Shown piece by piece: positions 18,830-26,023 of a DNA stretch of 64,000 bases. The stretch lies in assembly GCA_949293555.1 (NCBI GenBank), contig CASFDV010000001.1:12590-76589 (forward strand), written 5' to 3'. The position numbers and the translations under genes are program-made. The notes beneath the pieces were generated by a model. It searched no databases. It worked only from the letters and a program-made list of their open reading frames with translations, and was not told where the DNA came from. The DNA comes from an uncultured Bacillota bacterium (GTDB lineage: Bacteria > Bacillota_I > Bacilli_A > RFN20 > CAG-826). The stretch's first letter is position 1, and the number at the start of each line of letters is the position of its first letter.

Positions 18830-18906
18830 TGGTGGCTGAGGAGGGACTTGAACCCCCGACCTGTCGGGTATGAACCGATCGCTCTGACCAGCTGGGCTAC
18901 TCAGCC
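18830..18906 (-). tRNA. tRNA-Met (CAT), elongator type
   Basis: Reverse complement is GGCTGAGTAGCCCAGCTGGTCAGAGCGATCGGTTCATACCCGACAGGTCGGGGGTTCAAGTCCCTCCTCAGCCACCA. Resembles E. coli metT. G1:C72 is paired, so it is not an initiator. Confidence 0.75.
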
Positions 18907-18923
18907 ATCCGCGGGCATCTTCC

Positions 18924-18998
18924 TGGTGGAGCATAGGGGTCTCGAACCCCCGACCCCCTGCTTGCAAAGCAGGTGCTCTACCGCTGAGCTAATGCCCC
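18924..18998 (-). tRNA. tRNA-Ala (TGC)
   Basis: Reverse complement is GGGGCATTAGCTCAGCGGTAGAGCACCTGCTTTGCAAGCAGGGGGTCGGGGGTTCGAGACCCCTATGCTCCACCA. G3:U70 identity pair, TGC anticodon. Confidence 0.85.
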
Positions 18999-19020
18999 GT
19001 GCCGCCTTGCGGCATCGCGG

Positions 19021-19049
19021 AATATAGCACTTACCCATAGGGGCATCAA
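19021..19049 (-). promoter_or_regulatory. candidate sigma70-type promoter for the tRNA Ala-Met-Ile cluster
   Basis: On the minus strand: TTGATG, 17 nt, TATATT, ending about 20 nt upstream of the tRNA-Ala 5' end. Confidence 0.3.
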
Positions 19050-19364
19050 GGGGAAAGGAAGGTATATGTAGTTATGAGCTGACTTGTTTCCAAGCAACCA
19101 TGACGTGATTTGTTTCTAGCCAAATCCCCCGGTAGAAGAACATTCCCCAGGGTGTCGGGGACATGAAGTGACCAGAAGATGAATACGACGCCTCGGCCAC
19201 CGGGAAAGCCCTGCGGAGAAGATTGCGACGGGGCAGACCGCGTGACGCTTTAAATGTCATGGCAGCACGCGAGCCGTCTGAAGGATGCCTGGCAGCAAGG
19301 GAGGGCTCCCCATCGCACCAAGGCGCGAAGAAATCCGCAATAACGGCAGTGGCAAGAGGCATGG

Positions 19365-19390
19365 AAAAAGGGGTCGCCGCAGCGACCCCT
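19365..19390 (-). terminator. intrinsic terminator after lipoprotein gene 19419..20309
   Basis: Minus-strand RNA forms a GGGGUCGCUGCGGCGACCCC hairpin followed by UUUUUCC. Confidence 0.4.
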
Positions 19391-19418
19391 CCCCTGTTGT
19401 CTCTCGCTTGCCTTCGGA

Positions 19419-20309
19419 CTAGCCGAGGGTGTAGAGGGCGGTGCACTTGAGCTGCACGGCGCCGTAGCCGAGGTTCTCAGGAACGGTCCCGGGAGTGACC
19501 TCGATGAGACCGGAGTAGTCGGCGTTCATGAAGGTGGACTTCTCCCAGTCGACCTCGAAGGTCACGCGGCAGCCGAAGTTACGGTTGCCGGCGCCGGTCT
19601 TGTCGTTGGAGGTCGGGTTGTACTCGTACATGATGATCATGCCCTTCCCGGTCTCGATGAGGTTGTGGAGCGTGGTCTTGTTGGTGATGGAGCCGGTGAA
19701 GTAGGCGGTGTCCCCTTCCATCTTGGCGCCCATGCCGTAGACGGCGGTGCTGATGACGCCCTCGGCATCGGTGGTGACGATGGTCTTGGTCGCGATGGCG
19801 TTGTTGTAGGAAGCGACATAGTAGCTCTCGCCATCGTTGGGGAAGACCTCGGTCATGTGCTCGGCGCCCTCGAGGGCGGCAGCGGCCTCAAGGGTCGCGG
19901 CGGAAGCGGGGGCCTCCTCGTTCGGATTGTACTGGCTGGGCTTCCAGTTCTCGATGTTCTCCCAGTAGTAGCCGTAGTACTTGGTGTTTGCGCGCTCGAC
20001 CATGTACTCGAAGGTGTAGTAGGAGCCGGTCCCCGCGGGGTAGTAGTCGGTCCCGGTGCCGGAAGCGCCGGCGATGCAGTCGATGTCCTCGTCGGCGGGC
20101 TTGGTCTCGGCCTCGTAGATGGCGGCGTTCGGGTCCTCGTAGGTGAAGTCGATCCCGGCGGCCTTGAGCTGCTCAGCGAAAGTGGTCGGCTGGGCGGTGG
20201 CGGTGCCCTCGCTCCCGGCGGGGCAGGAGCTGCAGGTGGATCCGTCGCCGCAGGAGGCGAGGAGGGTGGCGGCCGCGATCGCGGCGGTCAGGAGAATGGG
20301 TTTCTTCAT
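19419..20309 (-). CDS. lipoprotein of unknown function
   Basis: Start at ATG 20309: MKKPILLTAAIAAATLLASCG lipobox. No recognisable domain. Confidence 0.55.
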   Translation of the reverse strand: MKKPILLTAAIAAATLLASCGDGSTCSSCPAGSEGTATAQPTTFAEQLKAAGIDFTYEDPNAAIYEAETKPADEDIDCIAGASGTGTDYYPAGTGSYYTFEYMVERANTKYYGYYWENIENWKPSQYNPNEEAPASAATLEAAAALEGAEHMTEVFPNDGESYYVASYNNAIATKTIVTTDAEGVISTAVYGMGAKMEGDTAYFTGSITNKTTLHNLIETGKGMIIMYEYNPTSNDKTGAGNRNFGCRVTFEVDWEKSTFMNADYSGLIEVTPGTVPENLGYGAVQLKCTALYTLG

Positions 20310-20380
20310 TGTTTTTCTATCCCTTCTTTCGGGCACGTATTATTGAGATAAGTCAACCGAAATCAAGTGTCGGCAGGGGG

Positions 20381-20397
20381 ATTTACCGATTTACCGG
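20381..20397. promoter_or_regulatory. tandem ATTTACCG ATTTACCG motif (candidate operator) about 75-90 bp upstream of lipoprotein gene 19419..20309
   Basis: Exact direct repeat GATTTACCGATTTACCGG. The same 13-mer core TTACCGATTTACC recurs (as reverse complement) upstream of the LacI-family regulator gene at 34722-34737. Confidence 0.3.
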
Positions 20398-20400
20398 TTT

Positions 20401-21255
20401 CTAGTCGAGGAAGCGGAAGGCGAAGCCGATGACGTCGGGCCCTCCGTGGCAGGCGTCCGTCGCGTTCGTGGGGACGGCGAGGACTTCCTGGAAGCCCCGG
20501 GACTTCAGGTGGTTCACCGCCTCCTCCACCCCGTCCCTCGTGGCGCTCGTGTAGCCGAGGGCGGCGAGGCTAAAGTCAATCTTCCCTTCGTGGAGGCGGA
20601 GCCTTGAGTCGATGTACTTCCGGACGGCCTTCCCCATGTTCCCGAGGAGGAGGGTGGGGGCGAGGGAGAGCTTTCCTTCCTTCGTATAGACGCTGACCTT
20701 GAGGGGGAGGGGCGAGAGGAGCTTGGCGACGAGGGAGGGGCAACGCCCGCCCTTGGCCATGAACTTGAGGTCGCTGATCATGAGGGAGACGTCCTCCTTG
20801 TCCTTCACGGGGAGGGAGAGGCGCTTCAGCTCATGGATGTCGTCCTGCCCTTCCTTGAGGAGGCGCTCCGCCTCGAAGGCGAGCATCGCGATCCCGAGGG
20901 AGAACTGGCCGGAGTCGACGATCTCGATGGAGTCGTCCTCCCCCTTCGCCGCGAGGGCGTTCCGATAGCCCCCGGAAAGAAGGCTCGAGATCGAGAAGTG
21001 GACGATCCCCTCGTAGCCTTGCTCCTTGATCCTCTGGAAGTGGGATTGGTACTCGCTCACGTTCGGAGCGCTCGTCCTGGCAAGGTCGGGATGGGTGTTT
21101 CCGTACTCGAAGATGTCCTCGTTCGTCTTCTCTCCGTCAAGATACGTCTCCTCCCCCATCGTGAGATGGAAGGGAATGGAGAAGAAGCCGTGCTCGGAAA
21201 GGACTTCCTTGGGTAGGTCGGCGGTGCTTTCCACCGAAATAGCGATTTTCTTCAT
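20401..21255 (-). CDS. DegV family fatty-acid-binding protein
   Basis: MKKIAISVESTADLPKE..., EDD/DegV fold, typical ~280 aa length. Confidence 0.85.
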   Translation of the reverse strand: MKKIAISVESTADLPKEVLSEHGFFSIPFHLTMGEETYLDGEKTNEDIFEYGNTHPDLARTSAPNVSEYQSHFQRIKEQGYEGIVHFSISSLLSGGYRNALAAKGEDDSIEIVDSGQFSLGIAMLAFEAERLLKEGQDDIHELKRLSLPVKDKEDVSLMISDLKFMAKGGRCPSLVAKLLSPLPLKVSVYTKEGKLSLAPTLLLGNMGKAVRKYIDSRLRLHEGKIDFSLAALGYTSATRDGVEEAVNHLKSRGFQEVLAVPTNATDACHGGPDVIGFAFRFLD

Positions 21256-21346
21256 CTTGAATCGTCCTCGGATTGTCGCGGGTTGGCTCGTGAGCCCACT
21301 ATGGCAGGCAATCTAGTTTTGTCAACGAAATCATAGGGTATCGATA

Positions 21347-21915
21347 TCAGAAACGATGGGGAAGCAGGCCCGAGGGCTTCCTCTCTTCCGGATAAAGGAG
21401 CAGGAGGGGCAGGGAAAGGAGCGCCGCAAGAGGCGTCCAAAGAAGCTCCCAGGAGAGGATCCCTAGGTCCTTCGACGATTCGAGGACCCAGGAATCTGCG
21501 TAGAGGGAGAAGGGGACGCCCTCCGTGCCGACGTAGCGATACCACTCCCCCTGAAGGGATCCGAAGCCATGGAGGAGAAAAAGGGCGTCCTGGGAAGAGG
21601 GGACGGAGGACCCCTGCCTCATATGTTCCTCGAGGAAGGCGAGGGCAAGGGCGAGGGCGATGAGGGAAGGCGCCGCCTGTCCCCTCCAAAGGGCAAGGAA
21701 GGAGAGGAGGCCCTCCTCCAACCCCCGCCCCTCAGGGAGAGCCAGGCAAGGAACAGGGAAAGGAGAGAAGCGAGCCCAAGCGAAAGCAGGGAAACCCTCG
21801 CGTCATAGGAAGTCCCTCCCGCCAGGAGCTCCATGCCCCAGAGAAGGAGGACGGCGAAAGGGGAGGCAAGAAGGAAGGGGGCGCTCTTCGTCCTCTCTCC
21901 GGCCATGGGGATCAC
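21347..21915 (-). pseudogene. possible frameshifted membrane-protein gene (two overlapping frames, 21619..21915 and 21347..21721)
   Basis: The upstream frame encodes two hydrophobic helices, then degenerates into Pro/Ser/Arg junk. The overlapping downstream frame continues as a plausible multi-TM protein (LIALALALAFLEEHMRQG...FLLHGFG...). A C-homopolymer region lies at about 21720-21750. The frameshift could be genuine or an assembly error. Confidence 0.25.
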
Positions 21916-21954
21916 CTGAGGGGATTATAGAGGGTTCCTTCGCAAAAGCCTTGC

Positions 21955-22479
21955 CTACCTCTTGGTGATCCGGAGGAACTCGAACACCCTCGTCTTGATG
22001 ATCCTGTCCGCGAGGAAGCCCGTCGCGAGGCCGGTGAGAAGGCTCGTGAGCCCCATCAGGGGGAAGTACCAGAGGACCGCGGAGGTCCCAAGGAGCGGGA
22101 TCGCGACGAGGATCTGCCCGAGCGAATGGAAGAAGGCGCCGAGGAGGGAGGCCCCGTAGATGGTGAACACCTTGGAGAAGGCCCCCTTCACGAGAAGCAT
22201 CGCCAGGTAGGAAAGGACCCCTCCGGCAAGGGACATGTAGAAGGGGAAGCTCAGGATCCGGCCCGTCATGAGGGAGGCGAGGAAGATCCTCCCGAGGTCG
22301 ACGATGAGCGCCTCCTTCCACGAGAACTGGTATATGAGGAGGAGGATCACGATGTTCGCGAGCCCCGGCTTGAAGCCCGGGACCGCGGATATGGGGATGA
22401 AGCTCTCGGCGATCGAAAGGGCGAGGGCGAGGGCGAGCATCGCCGCGTCGGCCGCCATCCTCCTTACGCTCCCCTTCAT
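21955..22479 (-). CDS. Gx transporter family protein (PF07456; historically annotated 'heptaprenyl diphosphate synthase component I')
   Basis: Small polytopic membrane protein (about 5 TM helices; ...PGFKPGLANIVILLLIY...). Start overlaps the upstream gene's stop. Conserved neighbour of ApbE/NusG_II in Bacillota. Confidence 0.6.
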   Translation of the reverse strand: MKGSVRRMAADAAMLALALALSIAESFIPISAVPGFKPGLANIVILLLIYQFSWKEALIVDLGRIFLASLMTGRILSFPFYMSLAGGVLSYLAMLLVKGAFSKVFTIYGASLLGAFFHSLGQILVAIPLLGTSAVLWYFPLMGLTSLLTGLATGFLADRIIKTRVFEFLRITKR

Positions 22480-22949
22480 ATGATGATGTCAGGGCCGCTT
22501 TGGGAACCGAGGGCCCCATCCTCCTTGGCGAACTCCACGCGGACGTGGTTATAGGCGCAGACGATCGGACGCCTCACGTCCATCGTGTAGCCGAGGCCGA
22601 CGCAGTACTGGGAAGGGCATCCCGACTCGAGGACGGCGACCCCTTCCGCAGAAAGGGCGAGGGTCATCGGGGTCATCGCCCCCTGGATGCGGTACGCCTT
22701 AAGGGCCTCTTCCCCATAAGGGGACGGATCCACTTCTTGCACGTCTTTCGAAAGGACTTTGGATAAAGAAGGCTCCTCCAGATTCAAGGAAAGAAGCCTC
22801 TCTTCGTCCCGATAGACGATGGCTTCTTCGAAATCGCCCTCAGGAGCGAGGATCGCACCGATCGTTCCTCCGAGGAGGGCGAGGAAGAGCGCTAGGAAAA
22901 GGACGATGTCCCCTAGATGCTTCCTGAGGCCCTCCTTGAGGGCCATCAC
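22476..22949 (-). CDS. NusG domain II-containing protein (DUF1312-like), membrane-anchored
   Basis: N-terminal TM helix then a small beta domain with CPSQYCV...RPIVCAYNHVRVEF, matching the NusG_II family usually found between apbE and the Gx transporter. Confidence 0.5.
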   Translation of the reverse strand: MMALKEGLRKHLGDIVLFLALFLALLGGTIGAILAPEGDFEEAIVYRDEERLLSLNLEEPSLSKVLSKDVQEVDPSPYGEEALKAYRIQGAMTPMTLALSAEGVAVLESGCPSQYCVGLGYTMDVRRPIVCAYNHVRVEFAKEDGALGSQSGPDIII

Positions 22950-24034
22950 TTCACCTCTTCAAGAGGGAAGCCTTCGCTTTGATAGACGAAGGGATCCTCC
23001 CTTCTCTCGTCATAGAGGAACATTTCGTATCCCATCCCTTCGATTTCCGCAATCTTGGCCTCCTCCCCCCTCATGAGAAGGTAGGTGCTGAGGACATCGC
23101 ACCAGCCGGCATCATCCCCGATCACAACCGCGGTGGTCAAAGCGGGGACGGCGCTCCCGTCCATGGGATCGACGACATGGGAATACAAGGTCCCGGTCGT
23201 CTCGTCGACCTTGTGCTGGAGGGTGGTCGCGCTCGTCCCGACGGAACGGTCTCGGACCCGGAAGCCGTACCCTTCCACGTCGGCGAGTCCGATCAGGAAA
23301 GTCCCGTCCTCGGCAAGGGGGTTCGTCCCGAAAGAGAGGGAACTCCCGCCTGCGTTGAGGAGGAAGTAGCGGTTTCCTTCTTCAAGAAGACGTTCCCGCA
23401 CTCTCGCGAGAGCGTACCCCTTCCCCATCGCTCCGAAGTCAAGAAGGGCGTCCCCTGCCTTCGTCACATATGCGGCCCCCTCACCTACGGAAAGGGCAAG
23501 GCTGCTTCCGTGGATTCTGTCGACTTCCGCGGATATCTCTTCCTTCGTCGGAAGCCGGGCGTCCTCCCCCTCGTTATTTACCCAGAGGTCCTTCCAAAGG
23601 TTCGCGAGCCCCCCGGAAAGGATGTCGATCGCGCCCTCGGTGAAGTCCTTGGCCTCTTCGGCGAATTCCAGAAGGCCTTGGAAGAAGCCATCGAGAGGAA
23701 ACGTTCCTTCTTCCTCGCTCAAGAGGAGCGCGGTCGTCTTCCCCTGCATGTCGCCCCAGCGAAGGTCTGTCTCCATGTAATGCGACATGTGCGCGAAAGA
23801 ATCGGAAATTTCCTCGTAAAGGCCATCTTCCGCCTTTCCTTTCTCATGGAAGAAGCGGAATTCTGAGAAGGCGCCGAAGGAAAGGTAATCGAAGACAGAC
23901 GAAGCGGTCCACTCCTTCCCGACCCAGTCGTTCCCGCTGCCCGTGGACTGTTGGGAGGTGGAGGAAGAGCTGCCTCCCGGAATCTCGCAAGCGAGGAGAA
24001 GCGGCACGAAAAGAAGGGCAAGGGACTTTTTCAT
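22946..24034 (-). CDS. apbE: FAD:protein FMN transferase (flavin transferase ApbE), lipoprotein
   Basis: Start at internal ATG 24034: MKKSLALLFVPLLLAC lipobox. ApbE fold motifs (...GAMGKGYALARV..., ...VIGDDAGWCDVLST...). Confidence 0.8.
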   Translation of the reverse strand: MKKSLALLFVPLLLACEIPGGSSSSTSQQSTGSGNDWVGKEWTASSVFDYLSFGAFSEFRFFHEKGKAEDGLYEEISDSFAHMSHYMETDLRWGDMQGKTTALLLSEEEGTFPLDGFFQGLLEFAEEAKDFTEGAIDILSGGLANLWKDLWVNNEGEDARLPTKEEISAEVDRIHGSSLALSVGEGAAYVTKAGDALLDFGAMGKGYALARVRERLLEEGNRYFLLNAGGSSLSFGTNPLAEDGTFLIGLADVEGYGFRVRDRSVGTSATTLQHKVDETTGTLYSHVVDPMDGSAVPALTTAVVIGDDAGWCDVLSTYLLMRGEEAKIAEIEGMGYEMFLYDERREDPFVYQSEGFPLEEVK

Positions 24035-24094
24035 ACGGCGGATTCTAGATTGTCCTGGCTTGTTTCTCAACGGAGGGCGGGAATGGGGAGGAAA

Positions 24095-24130
24095 AGGCAA
24101 AGAAAAAGGCCTCCCTTCCGGAAGGCCTCC
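24095..24130 (-). terminator. intrinsic terminator between rnfB and apbE
   Basis: Minus-strand RNA forms a GGAGGCCUUCCGGAAGGGAGGCC hairpin followed by UUUUUCUUUGCCUUUU. Confidence 0.45.
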
Positions 24131-24133
24131 TGC

Positions 24134-24481
24134 TCATTCCTCTTCCTCGTAGACGGGCTCGGGATGCTCTTTGAGGTAGAGGAGGATGGGGTCGAAGTTC
24201 TTCTCCTTCTTCCCCGGGCGGCAGAGGGCGGGGTCCTTGACCTCGCCGGAGACGAGCTTTTCCGCCATCTCCTGGCAGCCGGCGTTCCCGCAGGCGCCGC
24301 AGTCGATCCCGGGGAGGAGCTTCTTCACCTCCCCCACCCTCTTGTCCTCCTTCACCTTGAAGACGACGCTGAAGAGGCAGAGGAGGAAGGCGAAGATCGC
24401 CCCGAGGGCGAGAAGCACCAGGAAGCTATAGAGGATCGCCATCCCGTTGTCGAAGGCCATGTCCAGCAGGCTCATGTCCAT
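24134..24481 (-). CDS. rnfB: RnfB-like subunit reduced to the N-terminal membrane-anchored Fe-S domain (no ferredoxin domains)
   Basis: TM helix, then LPGIDCGACGNAGCQEMAEK...ALCRPG. Compare E. coli RsxB [20 protein letters not shown]...CAPGG. The protein ends at 115 aa with no CxxCxxCxxxCP ferredoxin motifs. Confidence 0.6.
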   Translation of the reverse strand: MDMSLLDMAFDNGMAILYSFLVLLALGAIFAFLLCLFSVVFKVKEDKRVGEVKKLLPGIDCGACGNAGCQEMAEKLVSGEVKDPALCRPGKKEKNFDPILLYLKEHPEPVYEEEE

Positions 24482-24484
24482 TTC

Positions 24485-24706
24485 TCACTCCTTCTTCCCT
24501 TCTTCAGGGGGATTCTCATTTTCCTTTGGCCGGTAGAGCCGGCAGCCGGCGTTCTTGCAGCCGATGCAGTCCGTCTCGTCCTTCCGCACCCTCTCGCATC
24601 CCTTGGGAGGCTTCGTCCTCATGTACCAGACGAAGCTTCCGAGGAAGAGGAGGGCGAGGAGGACGACGATGGCGATCGCCAGGCCCCTGGCCGTGGCCTC
24701 GTCCAT
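24485..24706 (-). CDS. small membrane-anchored Cys-rich protein (second RnfB-N-domain-like mini-subunit)
   Basis: 73 aa. TM helix then CERVRKDETDCIGCKNAGCRLY (C-x8-C-x2-C-x4-C), resembling the CGACGNAGC cluster motif of the adjacent rnfB. Translationally coupled: TAG-ATG after rnfA, 3-nt gap before rnfB. Confidence 0.45.
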   Translation of the reverse strand: MDEATARGLAIAIVVLLALLFLGSFVWYMRTKPPKGCERVRKDETDCIGCKNAGCRLYRPKENENPPEEGKKE

Positions 24707-25291
24707 CTAGGCGATGCCCTGGAGCCCCATGAAGGCGAGCGCCATGAGGGCGGCGGTCACCATCGCGATGGGGATGCCCTTGAGGGCGCGGGGGGTCTCG
24801 GCGCTCTCCAGCCTCTCGCGGATGAGGGCGAAGAGGACGATCACGAGGAGGTAGCCGAGCGAAGTCCCGATCGCGTTCCCCATCGAGCTCAGGAAGTCGA
24901 GCCCCTGGTCGGTGTTCCCCTGGGCGACCCCGAGGACCGCGCAGTTGGTGGTGATGAGGGGGAGGTAGATCCCCAGTCCCTTGTAGAGCGCGGGCGAGGT
25001 CTTCTTGACGAAGATCCCCACGAGCTGCACGAGGGAGGCAATGACGAGGATGTAGACGATGGTGTCGAGGAACTCCATCTTCGCCGGGACGAGGACGTAG
25101 TTATATAGAGGCCAGCAGACGAGGCTCGCCAGCACGATGACGAAGGTCACCGCGAGGCCCATCGAGAAGGCCGGCTTGACCTTGCTCCCGGTCCCGAGGA
25201 AGCTGCAGATCCCGTAGAAACGGGCGAGGACGACGTTGTCGATGAGAGAGCTCGTCAGTACGGCGAGGAGGAAGGCGACGATGTATTCCAT
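24707..25291 (-). CDS. rnfA: Rnf electron transport complex subunit A
   Basis: ...KTSPALYKGLGIYLPLITTNCAVLGVAQ...LIRERL...AFMGLQG, canonical RnfA/NqrE. Confidence 0.85.
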   Translation of the reverse strand: MEYIVAFLLAVLTSSLIDNVVLARFYGICSFLGTGSKVKPAFSMGLAVTFVIVLASLVCWPLYNYVLVPAKMEFLDTIVYILVIASLVQLVGIFVKKTSPALYKGLGIYLPLITTNCAVLGVAQGNTDQGLDFLSSMGNAIGTSLGYLLVIVLFALIRERLESAETPRALKGIPIAMVTAALMALAFMGLQGIA

Positions 25292-25294
25292 GGG

Positions 25295-26020
25295 CTAGTT
25301 CGCTCCTTCCTGGGCCGCGGCCCTCTTCTTGGCGAGGAGGGCGTCCACCCTCGCCTTGTCCCTCTTATGGATGTCGATCGCGGCGATGATAGCAAGGGCG
25401 ATCCCCAGCACGAGGAAGCCCCCGATCGAACGCTGGAAGAACTCGATCGAGAGGTCGTAGACCCCGTCGACCTTCAGGAGCGGGAGCGAGTACTCCGGGA
25501 TGAAGGTGAACACCTTCCCGAAGGTGAGCTGCCCCGTCCCGAGGATCTCCCTCACCAGGGCGATGAGGCAGATGGCCCAGCCGAAGCCGATGCCGTTCCC
25601 GAGGGCGTCGAGGGCGCTGTTGAGCACCGTGTTCTTCGAGGCGTAGGCCTCGCTCCTCCCCAGCACGATGCAGTTCACGACGAGGAGGGAGAGGAAGACG
25701 CCGAGCGAGGTGTATAGCTCCGGGAGGAAGGCCTCGCAGAGCATCTTCACCACCGTGACGAAGGTGGCGATGATGACGATGTAGCAGGGCGTCGTGATCT
25801 CTTCCGGGATGAGCTTCCGGAGGAGCGAGACGCAGACGTTCGACCCCAGGAGCACCAGGGTGAAGAGTATCGCCATCCCGAAGGCGCTCTCGAAGGAGGT
25901 CGTGACGGCGAGGGCCGGGCAGAAGCCCAGGAGGGAGACGAAGAGGGGGTTGGCCTTCCAGATTCCGGAGACGAAGGCCTCCTTCCTCTCTCCCCGCATG
26001 TCGATAGCCTTGTCCGCCAT
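25295..26020 (-). CDS. rnfE: Rnf electron transport complex subunit E
   Basis: ...ANPLFVSLLGFCPALAVTTS...LLVVNCIVLGRSEAYA..., canonical RnfE/NqrD. Confidence 0.85.
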   Translation of the reverse strand: MADKAIDMRGERKEAFVSGIWKANPLFVSLLGFCPALAVTTSFESAFGMAILFTLVLLGSNVCVSLLRKLIPEEITTPCYIVIIATFVTVVKMLCEAFLPELYTSLGVFLSLLVVNCIVLGRSEAYASKNTVLNSALDALGNGIGFGWAICLIALVREILGTGQLTFGKVFTFIPEYSLPLLKVDGVYDLSIEFFQRSIGGFLVLGIALAIIAAIDIHKRDKARVDALLAKKRAAAQEGAN

Positions 26021-26023
26021 ATC

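Noticed and set aside
11950-19000. Barstar-like immunity gene for the barnase-like lipoprotein.
   Set aside because: I looked for an ~80-100-aa ORF with barstar-like sequence on either strand between the ABC transporter and the tRNA cluster. None is present, and the gaps are 44 and 58 bp.
19072-19446. 124-aa minus-strand ORF in the tRNA-cluster upstream region.
   Set aside because: Low-complexity Arg/Ala-rich translation, overlapping the predicted tRNA promoter and the lipoprotein terminator. No RBS or homolog recognised.
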